NCBI GenBank assembly: GCA_965645245.1
Contig: OZ287068.1
Span: 3,348,001 to 3,412,000 of the forward strand
Length of the DNA: 64,000 nt
From: Massalongia carnosa
Taxonomy: Eukaryota
Reading direction: 5' to 3'
The translations under genes were made by a program, and so were the position numbers. Of this stretch, positions 53,268 through 64,000 are shown piece after piece (the stretch's first letter is position 1; each line of letters begins with the position of its first letter). The notes beneath the pieces were generated by a model. It did not search any database, had not been told where the DNA came from, and saw only the letters and a list, made by a program, of their open reading frames with translations.

Positions 53268-54372
53268 GTTGATCATTGGGCAACCCAGCTTCACAAGCGG
53301 TTCAAAGAGGCACCCACCGTCGCCATGGCGGCTGTAATCAAAGGTAAGTACACTATGGAAGATGCTCGTCAACATCGAGAGCCCAGAGAGTACGCTGCCA
53401 ACATGCTTCGTGCAGCTAAATCGGCCGAACTTGGCTCCACCGCTAATCACATCTTCCTCATCTACAACGGCTTGGATGTGGAATTCCAGAGAGATCTTCC
53501 ATTACCTAACGTAGCCACTGACCTAGATATTTTCCTTCGCTCCCTAGATGATCATAAACACATCTGGTGGCAACTAGCCTCTCGCCAGCAGAAGACGCCT
53601 GGATTCTCCAAACCTGATCGTACTTACGACATCAGGCCTAACAACCGAATGAAAAAGTCAGCTAGTAAGTTCAACATCGGTCAACAAAGGCCTTTCTTTA
53701 GTAGTTCATCAGAAAGTTGGAACTACCAGCCCCGATCCGCCAACTGGCAGAATAGTCCCTCCTACAAACAATGGAATGGTCCTAACAATCATCAGCAGTT
53801 CCAGCAAGGTCCTGCCTTACAAGTCACCAGTCGAACCCCTCTCGCCATAACGGCTACACCCAACGCGTCAAACGCATCAGCTTCCTCATCAAAACCAGAC
53901 CGTCCTGCACAGGGATATCCAAGGTCAAACTACCACAATCAAAGAGGAGGAAACAAACAAAATCAAGGTGGCTATAGGAGGGCGTATCAAGCTTCAGTTG
54001 AAGACGACGACGAAGATCTGCAGGAGAGCCCCGGAACATCCTCAGTCGAGCCAGAGGACATGCCGGTAAATTTCGCTGGGTATGATGAGCATGGGAACGA
54101 AATGTTCTATGCAGAGCAGGATGCACCGGAGGAATCCGAGGACTTCGCTTGGTTTGTCGGCATAGACTCTTCCTGCACCAACTGTCAGGAATCCTTTCCA
54201 TCGAAGAACAAACTACACAAACACCTACGGTCTGGATGTTCCAGAATATCGCCTACCTCAAAAACCTTGAGAAAATTTGCAAATTTCACTTCTAACAAAC
54301 TGTCAGTTGACAAAGAAAATGAACACGGATCGAACGTCTATGCTACTTCCGTAGCAGACACCACTACCACTA
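53268..54372 (+). pseudogene. Truncated Ty3/Gypsy-type gag-like ORF with C2H2-type finger
   Basis: YTMEDAR..REPREYA, IYNGLDVEFQRDL, FLRSLDDHKHIWW, a Q/N-rich linker and CTNCQESFPSKNKLHKHLRSGC. Cut at the TA at 54371-54372 by the Tc1-like element; no pol follows. Confidence 0.65.
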
Positions 54373-54593
54373 CAGTCGACTGCAAAAGGTTGGTCGCGAC
54401 CCTGAATTTGGGACCACACATCAAATATTTACGCGAAAATGGCAAAATGCCGGCAAAAATCCGAATAACTACCCTCACCGCCTACATGCCAATGAAGTCG
54501 TACTACTGGTCAGTATTGAAGCGACTTGTAGATTAGTATATGTAGATGCCATTCCCCGTCTTTTTTCCCTCTCTCCTCTGCCATTTTCCCAAA

Positions 54594-55638
54594 ATGCCCC
54601 CCCCTCTCAGTGAGACCCTTCGTGAGACAATCACGCTTCGTTTTGTACGAGGTGACAGCAATAAGACAATTGCATCTGTCACTGGTGTTGGCATCAGACA
54701 GATTCAACGAATGAGACGTAATTGGACTCATTTTGGAGATGTGGTTCTACCTCAATTGTCAATTGGACATCGCCCTCGTAAACTCAGTCAATTTCATGAG
54801 ATTGAACTTCTGAAATATCTGGAGCAACGTCCGCATGCCTATCTGGATGAAATGTGCTGGTTCATTTGGGACGAATTTCAGATCTCTGCAGATGAGACCA
54901 CCGTTGGTCGTGCCCTAAAAAGGCTTGGTTGGAATCGAAAGAAGGTGATCAAACAAGCAGCTCAAAGAAATCAAGGCCTTCGAGATGGATGGATGCAGAG
55001 ACTCGGAGAATGGACTGCAGAGCAATTGATCTTTTTGGACGAAAGTGCAGCTTGCGAAAGAACCGGTTATTTCCTATCTCATCTTTCATCCCATCTTCGT
55101 CATTTTTCTGACTTTCTGACTAGGTGATCGACGATACGGATGGGCTCAGGCAGGCGTCCCTCCAATCATGATTCAGGATTTGAAAAGGTCAAAGAGATGG
55201 AGCATTCTTCCTGCATTTACCGTCGATGGATATATAGCTTGCGAGGTGCATCAGGGCTCCATAACTGCCGAAATTTTCAACGACTTCGTTCGAAATCAGG
55301 TTCTTCCTCAGACGACTGCCAATGGAGGTCCTAGATCTGTTTTAGTACTAGATAATGCCAGCATTCATTGGAATCAGGAGCTTATTCAGATGTGCGAGAC
55401 AGCCAACGTCACCTTGGCACGACTACCTCCTTATTCTCCATATTTCAATCCAATTGAAACGTCGTTTGCATTGCTAAAGGCATGGATTCGACGGAATGGA
55501 GAAATGAGTCTTTCGTACACGGAGGAGTATGGGGGATTCGGAAAATTTCTTCGGGATGCAGTCAAAGATCTGAGAATGGGAGACCGGGGAAATTTATTTA
55601 GATTGGCTGGCATTCAGTATCCAACCATTTCAATCTGA
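54594..55638 (+). CDS. Tc1-like DD34E transposase
   Basis: HTH N-terminus, IFLDES, intron 55066-55123, RTGDRRYGWA, VLDNASIH-x-PPYSPYFNPIE with 34 residues between D and E. Confidence 0.88.
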
Positions 55639-55653
55639 TTAGATACATAGTAT

Positions 55654-57806
55654 CTAATCCTCATCTTCATCTTCGGCATAATCGTATTCTAGACTATGCG
55701 TCTCATCTTCCTCAATTGTATCTCTCACTCCAGATCCTACCTCCCCGCCCCCGTCCACCTCCCCATCCTCCATCCCCTTATCCACCCGAGTGACCGCCTG
55801 AGTGACCGCCTGAGTGGCCATTTGCGATGTCGGTAAATGGCGTTGACGCCGAGGGGGAGGCGGGGGCATTTGCTGAGATATCTGTCGAGACATTTGTCGA
55901 GACATTTGCAAAGGCATTTGCCGAGACATTTCTCTTCCAAATTTACTGACGTCTCGCGCCAGTTGAATCCCGATTCCCGGAGGAATTCCTAGTTCCTGCC
56001 AGAACGTCTGATGCTCGATGCCTTTCAAGGATTGAACGGTCATCAGATCGTACCCACCTTCCATCAATCGATCGCAGGCGTTGGTGAGCACTCCTTTCAA
56101 ATGAGGCTTCATTTGAACGAGCCAACTGACATAGTCTTCCAGATTTTCTTCCACTGGACTGCTGCGGGCGACGGAGGGGAGAGGGAGAAATCGACTTACG
56201 CTTCGACTGCTTCTGGATGATCTCGAATCTCTCCAATCCAACGGCGTTTCCTCACGGGCTCGTCTCGAGTCAGATAATGTAGAAGGAGCATACTGAGAAG
56301 GATAAAATGCCGAGGGGGGAAATGCCGAGTGAGGAAATGCCGAGAGGAATGCCGAGGGAAATGTCGAGGGGAATGCCAATGACGAGGGGGAAATGTCGAG
56401 TGGGGGTTTTGGTACGAGTGGTGTTGATACATGGGATGTTGATAAATGGAATGCCCACCTCCAAAGGGCATTTCCTGAGACGAGGTTTCCTATTTTGGAG
56501 ATGATGATTCAGTCTTTTTCTTACCTTTATTCAGGGAGAATAAATTCTCTCTGATCTTCGGTGGAGGTGTTCGAGAATCAACGCCTGAAATTCCATCATC
56601 TAGTGCTTTATTCCAGGTCACGAAATGAGCACTGTTGAGAGGATAATGCTGATTCTTCGTCTCATCATTCCAACAGTACTGTCCGAAATTCCTACATGCG
56701 CGTTTTTCACAGAGATGCAGACTTTGCAATTCGGACATTCTTTCGGCCGTCATGCCTTGCAACATGGCTCGTTCCTCCATCTCTTTTTGCAGCTTCATGG
56801 TCGCGGTCCCAAATTTCTTGGTGGCGACAGCTGTGGCAGCAGCAATAGGATCATCGGGAGGAATGACGCCATCTTTGGTACGACTGAAGTTGAAAATAAG
56901 AGCAACCGCGAAGCTTTTCTTTCAAATGCTGCTGTCTTCTAAATGAATTAGAACCTCCTCAATGGGCTGCCAGGATTCGATCAACATGAGAGCTGATTTT
57001 TCATGCGGTTTGATTCCATTCCATAACACGGTCGCTTTGATATCGACCAAATGACAAGCATACATTTTGGAATTCGCATACGTCTCGGCTTTCAAACTCA
57101 TGTCCCCGGTGTAGCTTCTCAAAAAGAATCTTTTCGACGTAGTTGAATTGACTTCGTATGGAATCACCGTCTCGAAAACGACGTGCTTCTCATACGACAT
57201 CTTCACATTTAGTAGATATTTGATTACCATCGGAGGCAGTGACGAAGGGGATAAACGGGAGGGTTCCTTTCTTCTTGGTTTTCTAGACTTCTTACTGACA
57301 ATCGAGTTACTAGGCACATTGAGATCTTCGACATCATCTTCGGCATCATCTTCGGCATCATCTTCGACATCTACAGCTTTCATCGCGTTCTCCTTTCTCC
57401 ACTGACCCTGCCACCTCTGCTTCTCGTCTTCATCCGTCCAGTCGTCGGAGGAATCCTCCGTAATGACAAGGGGACTATAATAATTCGATTCGAAAGTCTT
57501 TGACTGCTGAGGCTGGACCTTTGACTTGGGAGGGGCCTTTGGCTTGGGAGGGACCTTTGGCTTGGGAGGGGCCTTTGGCTAGAGGGGGGCCTTTGGCTTG
57601 AAGGGGGGCTTTGACTTGAGGGGAGGCTTTGGCTTGGGAGGGGCCGACGTCGATTCCGGCGAGGCTTCATCGATGCCGGCGGCGACAATGGCTCTAGCTC
57701 TCGGCCCTCCCAAAGTCAGTTTGATTCTCTTACCTTTGAAAGGCTCTTTTCCAGCCGGGGGGGGGCCGGAATTTGATCTTTTTGCTCTCGGTTCACGAAG
57801 TTTCAT
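55654..57806 (-). pseudogene. Disrupted accessory ORF2 of the Tc1-like element (about 717 aa reconstructed)
   Basis: ORFs 57579-57866, 56922-57383, 56490-56798 and 56196-56471 share one frame separated only by single stops. A 1-nt shift in a homopolymer run at about 56386-56390 joins ORF 55654-56379. Confidence 0.78.
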
Positions 57807-58040
57807 ATCTGAGATAAAAAATGGGGAATGGCAGAGGGGGGAGGGAAAAAAGACGGGGAATGGCATCTACATATACTAATCTACAAATCGCTTCAATACT
57901 GACCAGTAGTACGACTTTATTGGCATGTAGGCGGTGAGGGTAGTTTTCAGATTTTTGTCGGCATTTTGCCATTTTCGCATAAATATTTGATGTGTGGTCC
58001 CAAATTCAGGGTCGCGACCAACCTTTTGCAGTCGACTGTA

Positions 58041-60209
58041 GAAGATTTCCCGAGGAAATGCCGCGCCCGGCGAAATGCCGCACTTTACAATTCGGCATTA
58101 GAATATTGTTTTCGTCGTTGATCAACAACTACAACGATTAATGGAATGTGTATTAAATATAGTATAAATAGAAAGTATATACACGATATCCGACCTTAAA
58201 AACCTTACATAGCAAAACGCCCTGGGCGCTGGACCCTTCTTCCAGTCGAGGTAGTTAAAACCACCTCCTCTACCTCTTTAGCGATAATAACACGAGTAGG
58301 CGGCTTTACCTTCTTCTTTCGAGTCTTTTGAACTTTATTAGACCCTGTATACTGCTTCTGCTGCCCGAGCTGTCCCTTAGGATATCTGTTTGCTGTTTTA
58401 CGTAACTCCTTCTGAGCCTGCTTCTCAGCGGCCTTTGCTACCTTTGCTTCTGCAGTCAATCGCCGCTTCTCTAGAGCGATTGCTACCTTTTCTAGCTTCT
58501 CCTCTTCTTTCTGTAACCTTTTAGCAGTAGCTTGTCGTCGCTTCTCGCTAATATCTAGCTGGCGTTGTGCTTCTTCTTCCTCTTTTGCTGCTTGAAATTC
58601 CCTGGCAGCCTGTACTCGCCTAGGACTAAAGAATTGAGGGCCTGAGTCCTCTTCCCCAACTAAATTAAGCCGTTTACCTCTCTTCCTCCTCTTCTTTTCG
58701 TCCTGAAGGGTATTGCAGAGCCCTTTGATCACGTATTTGTTGATAGAGTCCTGGGCAGCAAGGCGTTCGTTAGCCCGGAAGATCTTTGCTAGTAATAAAT
58801 TTGTAGGCGCAATATCGTACGCTCGCTGCGTACGGCGAATAGCACGGCTTGTCATTGGTGTTTTTGGCGACTGAGAAGGAGCCTCGATTATCTGTGGTGT
58901 GATAACATTTAGTATAAGGCTCGGATTGTAAGGCCAAATACCGGTTTTTTCGAAGGCAGAAGTAATTTTTTCCTCCGAAAATGCCTGCTGCCATGCAGGG
59001 AAGAAAACGCTCCAAAAGGCTCTTTTTGACATGTTTATCATGCCTAGACTCTCGAACATTAGTCTATTCAGCCCATTGGTATAGAACGTTGCTAACGGCG
59101 CGAATAGAGAAACGTCCAGAGGCTGTAAACGATGCGTAGAGTGCGAAGGTAGAATCAGGAGAAGAATACGTAAGTTATCGCATTTATCGATAAACTTAAG
59201 ATTCACGTGGCTAGAATGACCGTCTACTATCAGTAAACGTCTTCTATTTCTAGCCTTTTGCTTCGTATAACGCTGAAAAACCTGCTCTAGCCAATTTAGG
59301 CCAAGGATATCACAACTCCATCCTTTCGCCGATACTGCAAAGAACGCCTCGTCATTAGGATTTACATCCTCAACCCATGTATCCTGGAGTATGCCAGAGT
59401 CGCCTTTATAGATCAAGGCAGGAGGTAAAGCGGTTCCGTCGGCCCCGATACAAGCAAGGAGGCTGATAAACTCCCTATTCCCGTCCTGGCTTGCATGTGT
59501 GATCCGCCCTGATTCAAGGGCCTCTAGCGACATGATACGTTGCGTGGCGCTTGCTTGGCCAATCACAAAGCCCTTTTCGTCCCAATTGTAAAGGTTTTCC
59601 CTCGTGATATTGTATTTTTCGACACCGGCGATTAGCTAATAGAAACATTAGTTATTTTCGATCATAATTAATATTCAACAAATAGGAATGGGTAGTTAAC
59701 ACGCTACCAAATCGTAGAATTGCTTAAATAAAGGCGGATACTCAGATTTTATACGCTGGCTATCCATATTTCGAAGATAAAGACTTTTAAGCCTATCCTT
59801 GTATCGGCGGACAAAATCCCCTGTCCAGTTCTTCCCTACAGGCCCTCCTATCACCTCCTCCGCTAGGTTTCGTACAATTCTGGCGGTTGGGGGCAGTCCA
59901 CGATCGACAAGGCGATTGATTTGCTGAATTAAGGCCTCTTCCTGGGCCAAGGTAAGTCGTTGCTTGTATTTTGACGCGGCTGCCTTTTGGGACACCGTTT
60001 GGCCTTTCCAGCGCCTCCGGAGGGTACTTTCGACTAGGCTAAACCTTTTAGCTGTCCCCCTGAGGTTAGGCTGATCTTGCTGATTCAGATCAGCAATTGC
60101 GAGCTCGATACGAGCGTTGAGGGTGGATTTATTCATGTCTGAAAGTAATGGTTGGAAAGTGAGAAGATGCGGCATTTCGTCGGGTGCGGCATTTCCTCGG
60201 GAAATCTTC
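58041..60209 (-). mobile_element. Fot1/pogo DNA transposon (element B), apparently intact
   Basis: 42-bp TIRs GAAGATTTCCCGAGGAAATGCCGC... at 58041-58082 and 60168-60209 (2 mismatches). TA at 58039-58040 and 60210-60211. Confidence 0.93.
58205..60136 (-). CDS. Fot1/pogo DDD transposase, about 619 aa, one intron
   Basis: Exon 1 at 60136-59708 (HTH, FSLVESTLRRRWKG), intron 59707-59636, exon 2 with YNWDEKGF, VDGHSSH and QPLDVSLF. No internal stops. Confidence 0.9.
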
Positions 60210-60211
60210 TA

Positions 60212-61340
60212 CCATAAACTTGACGAGTTGTTTTCGTACATAGAACTTCCAGTTTTGTATGATGCCTTGATCCAAAGGTTGATGTAATGAGGTGGGTGGC
60301 ATTTGCAGGTAGCCACGCAATGCGAATATTCTGCAAAACACCTGGATAGATAAATTTTAGAAATGATGTCATGATTAATTATAACGTTAACACATTGATT
60401 TATTTACCTTCATCCATCAAAATTTTCACAGCCAATTCGTGAGCACTGAAATTATCCATCAACAACAAAATCGATCGTCCATTTATATAACCATTTAACC
60501 AATGCAAATATTCTCTTATGATGATGTTGTTATTCCAGGCCTTGGGATTATATCTCCAAACAGCACCCACATTCTCCAGTCCATGAATTTTGGCATCCCG
60601 AAAACACTTTGGCCTTTTGGCCTTTCCAATAAACCAGATATCTGGTTTATCCGACCTATCAACATTACATGTGAGGCAGTGATTCTAGCCTGTAATAATT
60701 AGAACTCTGCCAAATTGAAGCAGCTTACTGTGAAAAACACACCTTATCCTGCCTCTGACCGGCGTGCCTCTCAGTACCAAGAGATCGATCGGGTGCCATT
60801 TTCCAAAAAAAGCCCTGTTTCATCCATTTTATAAACGTCTTTGGCAGCATATTCAGATACTAATTTACGAAGATCAGTCATTATCTGCTGTACATTTTCG
60901 CTTTGATCAGCTGAACCAGCCTCGCCATGATGAATTCGTTGTTTGAGTCCTCGTCGTCTTTTAAACCGATCCAGCCAGCCATTGCTCCATTTCGGAGTGG
61001 GAATACCTTCATACTAAGGCAGTTTGTTCCACAACTCGGTGGCCTTGGTCCGTAGCACGTCAGCATTAACAGTGAGACTGGCCTGTTCATATCGCTGCTC
61101 CCATTCGAACAAAGCATCTTCTAACACAGGCAATTTGGAATAACCTCCCGTTTGATTGAACTCGCCTCCTCTTTATCATCCAAGAAAGCATATTTGGAAC
61201 TAAGAATCTCGCTGATAGATGCACTCCCAGGCACATAATTATACTCTCTTTTCCACCACATATCAAAAGGTAGTATCCCTCTCGCTGTCATTCTAGCACC
61301 CCCCCCCAAGCTAAACCATTGTTGGTTAGAAAGCGCTAAA
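60212..61340 (-). pseudogene. Degenerate Tigger/CENP-B-like pogo transposase relic
   Basis: LEDALFEWEQ..KWSNGWLDRFKRR (CENP-B HTH), MDETGLFWKMAPDR, LLMDNFSAHE and QPLDQGIIQNWK. Contains stops, frameshifts and intron-like gaps; truncated at the TA of element B. Confidence 0.8.
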
Positions 61341-61408
61341 CCTTAAACTTTTGACCAATCAATGTTATTCCTATTCACAAGAAGTTGTACGGAGTATCAG
61401 ATACCTAT

Positions 61409-64000
61409 TTACTCGTCCCCTATCATATGAATAGCTTCCCAACAGCTGGCTTTCTTACAGCAGGGCCTGATTGGATTACATCCTCCACAAGCCCATATAG
61501 TCTGAGCACCCCTTCGCCTTCTTTTACGCCCATCGACACTTATTTCAGCCAGTGGCTCTCCCTTCCGCTTTGAAGGTCGTTTTTTCTCGGCGTTACATTG
61601 CACACATCTTTTTCTGCCTTCAAGACGAACGTAATGATGAATGGGAGATGGTACTAAAGCATCAATCGTGGTATTGATGCTTATCTTTGATGAGCCGGGC
61701 CTGATGCCCGCTTGATTTGATATCAGTTCAAGAGCAATCCGACGAAGAAATTCAGAACGAGTAAATTTTATCTCCTCGGAATCGAAAGAGTTCAGCGAGT
61801 AAAGTTTATAGGCATTCAATCCGGCTGCATCTAAAATAAAAATGAACAAAGGCCACCAGTAACGATCCGTTCGACGATTGTATGAGTAAATCGCTCGTTG
61901 CTGAGCGTTTCCATCCGATCCCCCCATATGAAGATTATATTCTTTGATTGGGGCTGGTATCGGTAATCCTAAGGGCCGTTGAACCTCTTGATTGAGCAAG
62001 GGAATGGAGTGAGCCAGAGTTGATGGGAAATACGATACAATAGGTTGAAGAGAGGTCTCGGGAATTCCATATCTCTTGTGCGGATTTATATAGTGCATTT
62101 CGTACAAGTCCTGAGGAGAATGACCGGTGGTCATGTACTGCACACCATTATTATCCACCCAGCCCATACAAAGCACCTTATCGTCGACCACCATATGGGC
62201 CTGAAGACCCCAGTCTTTTCCTTTTGAAGTGACGTCCCGTATGGCCAACAATTCTTCTGGAAAGCCCGAGCCCTTTTTAGCAGTTCCACTGGCAGCTATT
62301 CCGATTGATCGAAGTGCCTTGAATAATTTCGTACTAGTAAAGAAATTATCACAGAAAAGATGATAATTCAGTGAGGATGGAAGTTCTTTACATAACTGAA
62401 TGTAATGGGCTACGAGACCAGTAAGCTTATCACGAGCGACACTGATCTCGAAAGGGGAAATGCTCAGCGTGAGAGGAGGAAGATAGCTACTACGTGCTAG
62501 TCTCCGAGAGTATACGTGATCCAAAGAACTAATGGATGTGGAAGTGCTTAGACCAAGAGATCTCGTCCGAGACCCAAACGTAGGTTGTTCATAGAATAAA
62601 GACTAATTGCTAACGAATACTACAAGATTCGTTCTGATATTTATCCTACTCACCCCAAGCCTATAGCCTTGGGAGCCTTGGAACCTTAGGAGCCTTGCAA
62701 GCCTTGGGAGTCTTGCGAGCATTACAGCCTTGCAATCCACATCCGACTTTATCGCATTACATCCAACCATCCCTCAGGATCCATCCACGAACTCGGCGTT
62801 CGCTGGATCATCTAGTCAGCCTCGAGCAGCCTTCTAGATCTTCCCTTGCAAGGTAGAACAATTCTACCCCCGGCTAGATCCCTCACTACATGCCTCAGGC
62901 TATGTAGCTTCATTTCGCCGTCACCACTACCTAGTGATGGAAGGTTACCTCCGACTGAATACCTCGCTACACTGCGGACCTGCCTCTAGACACAAGGTCT
63001 AGACAACGAGGTCATGTAGGTTCATTCAGCCGACATCACTACCAACGTAGTAATAAAGGTTGAAGCTGAAGTTTACACCAGGGAGCCTAGCTCAAGCTGC
63101 GTCCAGCGAGCCGTGCCTCCTGCTACCTCTCTTGATCCATCAAGAGATCCAGTAGCTCCGAGTAGGCCAGTAGATTCCATATAGAGTTCCTCGGCGTCTC
63201 CACAGGAGTCCGCCTTACACTCCATGGCAATCTACCACCACGGCCTCGACAGGTGTTTGATCTGTAAGTAGTCAAGAACGTGATAACAATAACTCCGAAG
63301 TTTCGGGGCAAGATGGCAGTGTGTCAGCCTCGACGGCTTATGCGACTTTGTCCTACGGCATGGTCCACGCTAGTTAATCCCGCAACCGCCATAGGCGAGC
63401 ACGTATCCCTCTAGCGCCATCCGTATTACACTGAATCACTAGCAAAGCACTAGGAGTTAGTTTATCTTTTGGCAAAAATCCCAATTGTCTGACTGTTTTC
63501 AATTCACTTATTCTGCTACTCTTCGAGGCAAACATAAATGACAACAGATAATTATCCTGACAGAGACTGTAGATTTTAAATCCTTTATGGGCACTTTTTG
63601 TAGTAATCTGCAAGGTATGTCGAGAACGGCCCTTGAATAACACCAGCTGTTCATCTATAGATATCATACTTCCTGGTCTGCAATGTTTCAATGAAGTCTT
63701 TCGGAAATCAGTAGCCAACGGTTCCAGTTTCTTCCACCAATCAGGTCCTTGACCAAGTCCGATAGGCTCAGTCTATCCATTATTGATTTTCAAAAATCGT
63801 TTGATTTGTTGAAATCGACCAAGCGACATCGCGGACAGAATAGGCATGATAACTGGTTTGTCAGGACGTTGATTCCAATAATCCTCTGTAGCAGGTAGAT
63901 GATCGAGTCCCATAAGAATTAATATGCCCAAAAAAACCTCAATTTCCGAGTCAGTAGTGTCAGTCCAAACCCGATGATTGTTCTCCTTCTCCTTTTCCAT
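61409..64000 (-). pseudogene. piggyBac-like (PGBD) transposase, interrupted by a solo LTR; 5' end outside the window
   Basis: FLGILILMG..DYW, ISIDEQLVLFKGR, HLFCDNFFTS, YNLHMGGSD and a Cys-rich C-terminus. In-frame TAG at 63773-63775. Removing 62401-63430 plus one TSD restores LLVIQLCKELP. Confidence 0.88.
62401..63430. mobile_element. Solo LTR (1030 bp)
   Basis: TGTAAT...ATTACA inverted termini with 5-bp TSD CTGAA at 62396-62400 and 63431-63435. Internal GCCTTG(G/C)-type repeats at about 62665-62735. Confidence 0.9.

Larger units (their letters stand above)
54373..58038 (+). mobile_element. Two-gene Tc1/IS630-like transposon with ~213-bp TIRs
   Basis: TA|CAGTCGACTGCAAAAGG... at 54373 and ...CCTTTTGCAGTCGACTG|TA at 58038. 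TIRs at 54373-54585 and 57827-58038. Contains a transposase and a convergent second ORF. Confidence 0.92.

Noticed and set aside
53217..54536. 439-aa ORF as an intact gene
   Set aside because: It is a chimera of solo-LTR sequence, a gag fragment and Tc1 TIR read-through.
61330..61408. piggyBac 3' TIR at TTAA 61343-61346
   Set aside because: The partner end is outside the window and this TTAA may belong to the Tigger-like relic, so the boundary cannot be supported.
62660..62740. CRISPR-like or regularly spaced repeats
   Set aside because: These are short degenerate tandem units inside an LTR, with no unique spacers, in a eukaryotic context.
26300..64000. Starship-type giant element or secondary-metabolite gene cluster
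   Set aside because: No tyrosine-recombinase captain and no PKS, NRPS or terpene synthase backbone gene is visible in the window.

Overview
Eukaryotic DNA from a filamentous ascomycete (Pezizomycotina). It has short GT-AG introns with CTAAC-type branch sites, so the ORF track fragments most genes and many listed ORFs are spurious. There are three zones. (1) About 1-26 kb holds mostly conserved genes: Ede1-like UBA C-terminus, WW protein, EMC7, PHO88, RAD14/XPA, striatin Pro11, a histidine phosphatase and PIG-P, plus a GH25-like pseudogene. (2) About 27-50 kb is gene-sparse and accessory-like: a P450, a Pth11-like receptor, several small secreted Cys-rich proteins (one hydrophobin-like, one pseudogenised) and an intronless bacterial-looking gene. 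(3) About 50.6-64 kb is a nest of transposons: two Fot1/pogo elements, a Gypsy-type gag relic, two solo LTRs with 5-bp target duplications, a Tigger/CENP-B-like relic and a piggyBac-like transposase. It also contains a 3.67-kb Tc1-like (DD34E) element with ~213-bp TIRs carrying a second, convergent ~717-codon gene with a Cys/His cluster and SAM-like tail. That element is the most unusual object here. All family assignments come from motif recognition, not database searches.
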